Assembly (NCBI GenBank): GCA_054661495.1
Contig: BAAFSQ010000003.1
Span: 60,001-92,000, forward strand
Reading direction: 5' to 3'
Length of the DNA: 32,000 nt
Source of the DNA: Zygophlyctis sp. KS116
Taxonomy: Eukaryota > Fungi > Chytridiomycota
Below, piece after piece: positions 21,543-31,463 of the stretch; within the stretch, counting starts at the first letter, position 1, and the number at the start of each line of letters is the position of its first letter. The position numbers and the translations under genes were made by a program. Below the pieces are notes generated by a model. The model was not told where the DNA came from, searched no databases, and saw only the letters and a program-made list of their open reading frames with translations.

Positions 21543-23096
21543 TTACTCGTCTACTCTTTCGATTATCATATCAACAAGCATTCCATGACGGCTAATGTTT
21601 GGGGCATTTATAAACCTGGGTTGAAACGTTCCTAGATGTTCAATCTTCATATCAGATTGTAGTATTTCAGAGACTGTGACAGGGACAATACTTTGTACTT
21701 TTGCTGTAATTATTGATGTTGAGCTAGATTTGATCAAACGATTGAAAAGAGAAGAGACAAGATCAATAGATGCCGACGTAGATGTGATCTATTGTATTAG
21801 ATTTTTGAGATTATTACATTTAAATTTTGCATGGTTATATTGAGTTTTTTGAAATTAGGATATAAAGTTTGATTGATTAGATTGAAACCAACGTCGGTGA
21901 TTACACGAAAGTTTTGGATTTCAGCAGTTAAGCTTGCAGTGGGTAGAATAAATCTAGAGTTTGTTTGATATTTCGCATAAACTTTAAAGGAAATTCCTAT
22001 ATCAATATGAATAGCATCTTGTATAAATCTTATGTCGGTTTCTGGATGCCAAAGAATTTCATTTTCATCCACCTTAAAATACGTTATGTTAACCTGAAGT
22101 GGTGAGGAAAATGGAATTGAAACTGAATTATTAGATATTAAGTCCATATTTGATAATTCTGAATTAATTGACTCAAAGACAATTACTTTTAAATCCTCCA
22201 AGAAAACATCGGTCAGAAAAGGTTGCAAATCTGTATTTCGAGATGGAAGCGGCCTGCGGAATCCACTTTGAAGCTGTCTTTTTAAGATTGATTGAGATAA
22301 AGAGGTATTATAAAAAGGATCACTCCCTCTAAAAATCCCAAGATCAAAGATTATTCCAGCATCCGTGAACCAGGGAGCAGATGTGAATTCTGTATGATAC
22401 ATTCCATTTGGAGTCTCGAATTCAATTTTTGAGATCTGTTCTAATACATTTGGAAGTATTGCAACAATATTTTCCCTAATCATATCAGCTGCATACTTTT
22501 GAACTAAAGCTCTGAATCGCAAAGCTGCCCAATTAAACCATGCCTTTGGACTCCGAATCTAAATTTTAAAATGATTACCTTTATCTGCCCCAAGTATATT
22601 TCAACTTTACTAAAAATTGGCTGTAGAATCCGTTTCTCATGATTAAAACCAAATTTAAATCGTATATCAACTGAAGCATCTGTAACATTGACTTGTGTTG
22701 TACCTGATGGAAGAATCCAACTAAATATTTTAAACCCAATAACACTTACTGTGAATTGGTGATATATTGCATAAACATGCTAGTATCAAACTTTGCCCAG
22801 TATTGTAAGCTCTGATTTTTATAAAAGAGACCCGACGCCGGATGCCAATCTAAAAATGTGATCTTAAAAGTAGAAACACTTAAATTGATATTTCCTACAA
22901 CCGGAATAGCAATTACCTGATCTGGTATTGGAATTTCTTCTTTTATTAATGCATATGATATAGCATTATGCAAGTATGGATTCATTGATTGGAAAAAATG
23001 TGGTGTGATAAGAGGTTCAAGAGCAGTTTCATCATTCACTAAACTTGAACATTGATGCATTATTCCCACTATTAAGAGCACAATCATAAAAAACAT
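21543..23096 (-). CDS. Secreted protein with two tandem BPI/LBP (TULIP)-like domains
   Basis: Signal peptide; introns 22721-22749, 22559-22578 (20 nt) and 21789-21817 restore frame; IPIPD..G.INLSVSTFKIT pattern resembles BPI N-domains; internal duplication visible. Confidence 0.55.
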
Positions 23097-23240
23097 TTGA
23101 AAGATTCAACACCCTGTATCTGTCTCAAGACTAGATGAAACGCCAATTTTTCACTCTAATCGCTTGTACTGCATACTAGTAGTATGATACTACCAACCTG
23201 TAAAAAGCGCAATCTAATTGATTTAAAACAGTCTAAAACT

Positions 23241-23603
23241 TTATTCTAAATCTTTTAAAATCTTTTCCAATTCCCCTGATTGATGCATATTGATCAGTAT
23301 ATCACATCCTCCAATAAATTCCCCTTTAACAAATACTTGAGGAATTGTAGGCCAATTTGTAAATTCCTTGATACCTTGTCTAGTTTCTTCATTCTCTAAA
23401 ACATTAACAAAGGAGTATTCCTTGACTCCATTTAATTCTAAAATCTGAACAACAGCTCTAGAAAATCCACATTGAGGTTCAGTTTTTGTCCCTTTAATGA
23501 AAACAAGAACATTATTGTCCTTGATTGCCTTTTCTAGACTTGACTTTAATTCAGTTGAAATATATCTCTTAAAAGGTAAACAGTTCTTTAATCCTCTAAA
23601 CAT
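23241..23603 (-). CDS. GRX5: Mitochondrial monothiol glutaredoxin Grx5
   Basis: PQCGFS, WPTIPQVF and GGCD motifs; presequence-like N-terminus. Confidence 0.95.
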   Translation of the reverse strand: MFRGLKNCLPFKRYISTELKSSLEKAIKDNNVLVFIKGTKTEPQCGFSRAVVQILELNGVKEYSFVNVLENEETRQGIKEFTNWPTIPQVFVKGEFIGGCDILINMHQSGELEKILKDLE

Positions 23604-23655
23604 TCACAATTTTTAAATTTTTAAAACTCAACAGAAAAATATTAAAAACGACTTA

Positions 23656-24450
23656 TTAAGCTTTATTTGAGGCAGATTTACGAGTAGAAGACAATCTTCT
23701 TCTCATGTGGAGGGCAACCTTCTTTTCCTTCTTTTCCTTAATACGATTAGCTAATAATTTGGCATAATCAGCAGCTTCCTAATATATTAAATTTTTTTTA
23801 AAAAAATTACTTCTTTAGCCTTGACAGATGCACGCTTTTTAAGAGCCAATCGATGTCTCTTTCTTTGAAGAACAATTGGAGTGACTAAACGTTGAATTTT
23901 AGGAGCCTTTGATCTTGGCTTTTTTCCTTCTTTAGCTGGTAATTCTCTTCGAATAACATATTTTCGAACATCATCTTCTTTAGACAAATTAAACATTTTT
24001 CTAATTTTAGAAGCTCTCTTTGGACCCAATCTTTTAGGAATTGAAACATTTGTCAATCCATCAATATCTTGATCACCTTGTTTGACAACGACTAAAGAAA
24101 TAGCAGAAAGATCAGGGCCAACGATACAACCTCTAACAGATTTTCTTTTTCTTTCTCCAGTACGTCTTGGACGATAACAAGAGTGTCCCTTTGAGAGTAA
24201 AAGACGAACTCTACCAGGTGAAAGAACACCTTGTTTCATTGGGAAACCTTGCTTATCATTTCCTCCAGTAATTTTGAAGATATAACCCTTGAATTCATCA
24301 CCGATGGAATCACCAGCTACTTCTTGAGCCATTCTCTTCTCATAAAAGCATCGCCTAACATTAATCAATATGATCATACACTTTTTTCTCATCATCAATT
24401 TCAATAGACTTTTGTGCCCCAGTAGCTGGGTTGGCAATATTCAATTTCAT
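23656..24450 (-). CDS. RPS6: 40S ribosomal protein S6 (eS6)
   Basis: [23 protein letters not shown]; introns 24355-24379 and 23779-23810; [15 protein letters not shown]; C-terminal [10 protein letters not shown]. Confidence 0.98.
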
Positions 24451-24510
24451 TTTATGTTTATGTAGGGTCAAGTTTTTTTTCAGCTGCAAACAGGTTGATG
24501 TGGCGTGGGA

Positions 24511-24659
24511 CCTACCGCTTTCAACCTACATCTTTCATCCTAGATCCAGAGCCTACCGCTTTCAACCTACAGCTTTCATCCTACAACCTACAGCCTACAG
24601 CTTTCATCCTAGAACCTTCAACCTAGGTCCAGAGCCTACAGCCTAGAACCAAAGCCTAG
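24511..24659. repeat. Modular CCTA-anchored tandem repeat (7/13/14-nt units) in the RPS6/CHO2-like divergent intergenic region
   Basis: 13 CCTA cores at 24511, 24525, 24539, 24552, 24566, 24580, 24587, 24594, 24608, 24622, 24635, 24642 and 24655. Confidence 0.9.
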
Positions 24660-24663
24660 AGGA

Positions 24664-26836
24664 ATGTTTTCAACTCATTTACAAGTGTCCAGCGCCTTTT
24701 TGGGAATAGCCCTTGGATCCCTGGTGGATTTTAATAATTTGGCATTTATATACTGGGCTCTAGTCTTGGGAAAAGTACTAGTGTCTTTGGATTTATCTTG
24801 TATTTCAAGGGAATTTAGATTTGAAAATTTAAAATGGAAAAATTACTCTAAATATGCATCTGAAATTATAATCAATATTTTTCATTTCTCAATGATTATA
24901 ATTATATGTCGATGTATTCAGGATCAGTGGGAGGTTCATGCTCTAATTGGAGGTGGAATAATTGTAATTGAATTATATAGAAATAAGAATAATTTGGGTT
25001 GGTTCGTAAAGTTAGTAGGGCTGACTATAGCTCTAAATGATTGGAAAATGGGGATTTTGGCTTTAATGGCGTGTTTTACCTTGGTTTTAGGAAATAATCC
25101 TTTAATTGATTCAAAAACAATTGGGAAAATTCATCTTGTTTCATATCCAGAATTGATTTCTGGGCTGGTAATTGGTGGTTTAGTAGGATTGTATTCACTT
25201 TTCATTAGTATTTCGATTGGAAGAGTTTCTTTCAAAGTTTTTTTCATACTGTATTTTAGGAATTAATAATTTTAGTCAATATATGTTTTGGAGATGTATT
25301 TTATCAGTTATTTTTGGGTTTATTCTGTACTTGCAAGGGAAAACTAGGTTTTTTACAAAAGTATTTGTGCGGCATGGATTAAATTCTAAAGTTGCACTTT
25401 CTCATTGGTTAACGTAAGATTTTAATGATTTAAAAAGAATAAGGATTTACTCATGTTCGGCAGTCATGACATTTGTTACTTTTTGCATGGCATCTATTTA
25501 TTTTTATCAACAAATGGATTCACCAATGATTATTTTATTAACGCATGGTTTAGGAACTCTTTCTATTCTAATTTATGCTCAAATGGTAATATATAAAGTC
25601 GGTAATAGTGGTGTTTCAAATCTTTTATATCATTACTTCTTTATTGTGACTGATGATTACTTATCGCCTGAAAATTATCTAAATTTGCTTTTACCATTTT
25701 GGGGATTAGCTCTAATATCAAATGCAGTAGAAATTTATTTTCTAGCGCTTTTAAGTCAGTTTATGCATGCTTTGTTTGTATATTTTGTAGATCAACCGTA
25801 CATTAAAATAATGGTAAAAGAACAAACTGTATTGGCTGATAATGTACCTTGCTCTGCTGGTGATTCTAATTCTGTTAATTATTCTGAAGGAGCTCCTGAT
25901 TCATTGTCTATAATTAAAACTGCGAGAGATATTAAGAGTAAATTATTTGCAAAAATTAAGAGAACTGGAATAGGGGAAATAGTAAGAGATCAGATAAGAT
26001 CAGACTTGTACTCTTTACAATTTCCTTTGAAAAAGGATGAACTACTTACATTTTGTTTGGGGCAGCCTATAGTAGTCGAATTTGTCGCCGTAAGAGAAAC
26101 CATGAAGGCAGATGATTGGATTGGAATACATGGTGTGACGCATAATCTATACAAAGAAATAACAACTTCTGGATGTGGTGAAAATTGGTCTTATGTATCT
26201 GGAAAGCAAACTTTACGAGAAGAAAATGACCTGGAAACTTCTGAAAGTTTATCTTTTCATTCGCTTTCGAATTCTACCTTTGGCACTACATCCTTAAAAA
26301 TGATACGATGCCCTGGAGAACCAGGTCTACGTCTAGTAAAGGGAATGCTTACTTTTAAAGGAGATTTAATTCCTTGGAAGGTTGGCGTATATGAGGCCCG
26401 TTATCATTTCAATGGCCAACATACTTGCATCGTCGTTAGCAGGCCTTTTGAAATAGTACCATGGGAAAATGAGAAACTTGAAGATAGCTTGGATGATAAT
26501 CTAATATTGTCAAATGGAATTGAACGTGGAGAGTATTTACTAATGAAAATTGTAGCGTGCTGCATCAATATTTATGGATCAAATCTTGAGCTGTCGAGAT
26601 CATGTGATTTTTTCAAGTTTGCTTCACATAATCACCAAGTCACTGGATATACTTTAGATAAATTCGAAAAATGCTGTGAAAGACTGGTTTATTGTATTAA
26701 ACAAAGTTTTGGAGTAGGGTTTTCTTGGACAATATTTAGGTCTGTCAGAAGCATTGATAAATTATGGAAAAAAATTGAGGAGGCAAAAGTATCAATTTCT
26801 TGCATTGATGTGCCAGAAGAACTAGTATTACGTTAA
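24664..26836 (+). CDS. Cho2 (phosphatidylethanolamine N-methyltransferase)-like membrane protein, divergent
   Basis: Cho2-type C-terminal domain (LGQPIVVEF..DWIGI..G.LTFKGDLIPWKVGVYEARYH..SRPFEI) and WR..GFILYLQ segment; intron 25414-25437; one further intron near 25170-25260 not resolved. Confidence 0.7.
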
Positions 26837-26942
26837 TATGGAGCGATTAGTGTTTCATATTAGGAAGATTTTCCCGTTTCAAGCTTGAAACATTCCTTTA
26901 GCTGAGTTTGGGTTTGAGCAAATTTTCATCACTGAACTAAAA

Positions 26943-28743
26943 ATGATTCACTCTCTGATAATCATGTTCAATCTATTCTTTAGACTGCATGCCCATGGTG
27001 ATCATTCAATTGGAGCACATACTGGCGAAGAGGAATTGGGCTACTATGATCGGATCCCTGATGATGCATTTTCTAAAACTGCATCAGGAGAACTGGTTGG
27101 ATCAATAAATTTCAAAAAGAGGTATATTTGTGTCTACTGATTAATTTAGGTCACTCCCTATTAAACTATGGAAAAATGATCTGGATCAAACTAATCAAAC
27201 TACTAATCATATCTTAATGTCTGGTGTAGTGACAGATATTCCTGGTTCTTATATCAGAATGAGTGCTTTTAATAATACAATTGAAGGAATGATATCACTT
27301 CCAAAAAGAGGAATAATAAGAGTGGCGCTAGCGTCCAGATATAATAATATTAATGGAAATTCAAAAACGATTGCATACCATTCAAATGATTTGTTACATT
27401 TATCTAAAAGATCATTATCTCATTCTGAATTCTGGAAGCCATTGGATTCTCATTTAGAGAAGCGGGGTCTAGGGAGGAGACAATGTCGACCAAGAGTGCT
27501 TATTGCAGCTGATATTTCGGAACATCCAATGTCAAAGATTGAAACTAGCAATCAGCATCTTAATCATAATCAACAGCAATCACAAAGAAATTCACAGTCG
27601 GCCCTGCCTATCGTCAGTAAGGTGGAAGGAATTGTTATAAAACAGCAGGTAGGAACCACTGCACAGTATCAAGGAGGTCAGCAGCAACCAAATTATCAGC
27701 CTCCTCCTCAGCAGCAACAGCCTCGGTATCAGTACCCACAACAACAGCAACCTCAGCAGCCTCAACAGCAACAGCCTCGGTATCAGTATCCGCAACAACA
27801 GCAACCCCAGCAACCTCAACAGCAACAGCCTCGGTATCAGTATCCTCAAAAGCAGCAGCCTCAGCAACCTCAGCAGCAGCAACCGAGATATCAATATCCA
27901 CAACAGCAGACTCCCCGTAGTTCTCAACAGCAGCCTCAACAAGCAGTTAGATATACGCAATATGCTAGTGGGACGAGTGCTGCAACATCACGATTGACAA
28001 GCTGCAATGCCGGACTCATTGCCGACTATTCATTCTATTTGCAACATCGAAATCAACCTGGAGGAATTGAGGCATATATGCAGTCGCTTTTTAACGAAGT
28101 ATCTGGTCATTTCTATTCTCAAACTGGAGTTTCACTTAGGATCAAGTATATGTATGTGATAAAGAATCCAAATGATGGGTCTGGTCTAGGCTATAATTAT
28201 GCGGATCCTTCCTCTTCTGTATCTTATATTAATTCAAAATCCGCGAAACTCCCTGGATTTAATGCTGAAGATTTATGTGTTGTACATATTTTATCTTCAG
28301 CAAAATTCACTCAGCAGGCTGTTGGAGTCGCATTTATTGGATCAGTATGTAGTCCTGGAGCAAATGCTGGAATCGCTTCTGATAATTATGGAAAACTATC
28401 TAGATCAGACTATACTTCAGTTATAATGCATGAAATTGGGCATGTTTTTGGCAGGTAATTTATATTTAGAAATTTAAATTTTAGTGCGCATGACACTTCA
28501 TTTCCTTCAGAAAAACAGATTTGCATTCCTCAGACAAACAAATATGTAATGTATCCATCTGTACAAGGTGGTTCTGCAAATGCCCACAGATTTTCTCCGT
28601 GTTCTCTCCGATCCATTCAACGCACAATATCTAATCCTAAAAAGCAATGCTGGAATCTAAGTGGACAAAGAATTAGACCTGGAGCAAAGTTTGCATCTGC
28701 AAAGTCTGAAATGATTGTTGATTATCTTAAATATGATCTTTAA
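26943..28743 (+). CDS. Secreted reprolysin/ADAM-type (M12B) zinc metalloprotease with a Q/P/Y-rich insert
   Basis: Signal peptide, prodomain; introns 27122-27149 and 28455-28484; the spliced zinc motif reads HEIGHVFGSAHD; Met-turn YVMYP; FSPCS. Confidence 0.85.
27709..27909 (+). repeat. Coding tandem repeat, 54 nt / 18 aa (QQQQPRYQYPQQQQPQQP), about 3.7 copies
   Basis: PRYQYP occurs four times at 54-nt spacing with synonymous variation between copies. Confidence 0.9.
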
Positions 28744-28798
28744 AACGTCACTAATTTCGTAAATTTTTTCCTAATACGTCATTTCCCGGCATTCCAAT

Positions 28799-29650
28799 AT
28801 GCGAGAGAAAAGACTTTCAACTGCAGACTTGGAGGATCGGTTCCATACTTTTAAGGAAGAAGTCAAAAAGACGGGAAAATATAATGAGAATGAGCATACT
28901 GATTATATTTTACATCGATTTCTAAGGGCCCGGAAATCTGATGTCTCCAAAGCTATGGTCATGTTTTCAGACTACTTAGAATGGAGAAAAGAAGCTCAAG
29001 TAGATGATATTGTTCAAAATTATTCATTTCCTGAAGCATCAAAGGTAGCAGAAATATATCCACGATTCTACCATAAAACCGACAAGTTCGGCCGTCCAGT
29101 TTATTTTGAAATTCTTGGCAAAATGCATGTGGACGCATTATTCTCTGTAACTACTTCAGAACGTCTTATAAAGGGATATATTAGAGAATATGAGAAATTA
29201 TTAAATTACAGATTTGTGGCATGTGGACTAAAAGTAGGAAAGCATTTGGAACAAGGTTGCAGTATTTTAGATCTTAAAGGAGTTCCATTAAGTCAGTTTA
29301 ATCAAGTCAGGAAAGTTGTACAACAAGTATCATCAGTTGCCCAAAATTATTACCCTGAAACTCTGGGGAAAATGTTTATTATTAATGCTCCATTTCTGTT
29401 TAAAGGAATTTGGTCAATGATCAAACCAATGTTGGATGAAAATACAGTCTCAAAGATTTCAGTTTTAGGATCTAATTATGAAGCTGATCTACTGGAAGTT
29501 ATTGATAAAAACAACCTTCCGTCATCATATGGAGGCACATGTAAATGTGCAGGAGGATGTAATAGCTCTGATACAGGTCCTTGGAATGATAAATCAGTCC
29601 CAGGCTATCCAATCGCCTTTTGGGAAGATTTTAAGAAGCGAGACGTGTAG
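28799..29650 (+). CDS. SEC14: Sec14 phosphatidylinositol/phosphatidylcholine transfer protein
   Basis: RFLRARK, YPRFYHKTDKFGRPVY, QNYYPETLGKMFIINAP, LPSSYGGTCKC.GGC..SDTGPW. Confidence 0.93.
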   Translation: MREKRLSTADLEDRFHTFKEEVKKTGKYNENEHTDYILHRFLRARKSDVSKAMVMFSDYLEWRKEAQVDDIVQNYSFPEASKVAEIYPRFYHKTDKFGRPVYFEILGKMHVDALFSVTTSERLIKGYIREYEKLLNYRFVACGLKVGKHLEQGCSILDLKGVPLSQFNQVRKVVQQVSSVAQNYYPETLGKMFIINAPFLFKGIWSMIKPMLDENTVSKISVLGSNYEADLLEVIDKNNLPSSYGGTCKCAGGCNSSDTGPWNDKSVPGYPIAFWEDFKKRDV

Positions 29651-29699
29651 CATACTTTAGGAAAATAATATTCCAAAATGATTGGATTTTTACTTCATT

Positions 29700-30369
29700 C
29701 AAGTAGAAAAAAAATTGAGGCTTCATATCCACCATTTGATGAATCGCTTGAGAACGTAATATTTTAGCTCCTAAAGTACTTTAGGGACTCTTGCAACTAA
29801 AGTCTGATATACGCGATCAAAATCAAAGTCAATCCATCCTAATTCTAGAATCTATGGATTCATCATCTGTCCATGAGATTATTCCAGAGAAAAATGCAGA
29901 TAATTTGGCTGATAATATTCCAGAAACTATTGTTAAAAGTATGGTAATTATTGAAGATAATCTGGGTGAAAATGTATCTGCGCGATCTCAAAGAAGATCA
30001 GAAATCAGACATTGCAACCAAAACTCTATTGAAACAAGAACAATCCTAGATCTGCCTAAAAAGACTACATACAAATCTTTAGATCCAGAAATCAGATCAT
30101 CAAAAGATGCCAACCATCAGGTTACAGATTTCAAATCTCCAGTAGTCGAAATATCAAGACCGTTCATAGTAATCATTTACCGTTATTAATTCTAGAAATC
30201 GTCGGATCTTGCTAAAATCTATCAATTCAATCAACTATTGGGTAAATTTGAAAAATATGGATTTCAGTCCAAATTAGATGATACGATTGTTAAATATTCT
30301 CAAAGCGTTGCATTATCTAAAATTTCTAAATTATTGCATATCATTTACCAAGTTAAAAATCACAAATAA
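29700..30369 (+). CDS. Hypothetical protein; start unresolved
   Basis: ORF 29791-30168 joined by a 27-nt intron (30169-30195) to an open exon ending in TAA at 30369. A probable upstream intron lies near 29756-29784, but no in-frame ATG was found in the preceding exon. Confidence 0.4.
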
Positions 30370-30425
30370 TTTGAAGTTTTAATGCACTTTTGCTTTGTTT
30401 GAGCCTGACGTAACCGTTTTTGACA

Positions 30426-31260
30426 ATGGAAAGCTGCAGTTCTGATGCTTGTCTAGCATTGACTCAACATGTTATCCCAATTATGTACGATACATTTTAT
30501 AATTATAGGGGTATATTAACGTCCATTGGCATTGCATTATCATCATGGACTGCCATCCAGGAAATAATTAAAACTCAAAATCTTGGGAATTTTGATTCTG
30601 TTCCCAATGCTATGCTATTTATTAACAGTTTCTCTTGGTTTTTATATGGAATCTTTGTCAAAAAGCCTTATGTTACATTTCCAAATGTCATTGGAGTACA
30701 ATTCATGTTATACTATATAATGTCTACTTATCATTTGCATTCACCCGATAAACGAAAGCTGATTAGAAATATATTTATGGGCGGTTTTATGATTGTCATG
30801 TCTATAGGAATGATTGCTTTTATTGGAATATATGATACTGATAGAGTTCCAACTCAAGAAGATTTAAATCACTCAAAGAATTTACTTGGAGTTTCTTCAG
30901 TCTTGATCTTGATGGTGTTTTACAGTAGCCCACTTGCAAATTTAGTACAAGTTATTAGAAAAAAAGATGCTAGTTCATTAAATCTTTCTTTGGCGATTGC
31001 TAGTGGGATTAATGGAGCGTTATGGACAACTTATGGGTTCGCGATTGCTGATCCGGTACTTACTATTATCTAAACTGTAGTTTGTGTTTCTCCCAAATTT
31101 TCTGGGTATTGTGTCATCAGTGATTCAAATACTTGTCAAGCTTTCAATGAAATCAAATCAGGAACCTACTGCTTCAACATATCACGTCTTGAAAGAAGAT
31201 ATATCCACTAGTGAAGCATTTACTATGAAGGCAGTTTCATTGGAAACTACAGATCCTTAG
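30426..31260 (+). CDS. SWEET (MtN3/saliva) sugar transporter, copy 1
   Basis: NSFSWFLYG, FPNVIG, YSSPLA..VIRKKDASSL, NGALWTTYG, DPFVFLPNFLG; introns 30485-30508 and 31056-31080. Confidence 0.9.
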
Positions 31261-31463
31261 AGAATTAAGATTATAAAAAAAGGATTTTTGTGATTTTAAT
31301 GAATGGTTATTCTTGATCTGAATTCACAAGTTTCCAAGTAGACAGACTAAAGCATGATCCACTCGGAGGGGAAGTAGAAATACGTCATACAGCGATTTCA
31401 TACCAAGGTATCAGAAGAATGTTTTATTAATGATCTAGTTTAAAAAGAGATATTGAGATTGAA

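Noticed and set aside
24511-24659. CCTA array as a CRISPR array, interstitial telomere, or the 71-aa ORF 24431-24646
   Set aside because: No unique spacers or cas genes and the context is eukaryotic; the units are not CCCTAA; the ORF starts at TTG, overlaps the RPS6 start and is a by-product of the repeat.
27592-27960. Antisense Leu-rich and Ala/Val-rich ORFs (27592-27960, 27635-27901)
   Set aside because: Shadow frames of the CAG/CAA-rich coding repeat on the plus strand.
28782-28790. E2F-like TTTCCCGGC upstream of SEC14
   Set aside because: Single imperfect match; not enough support.
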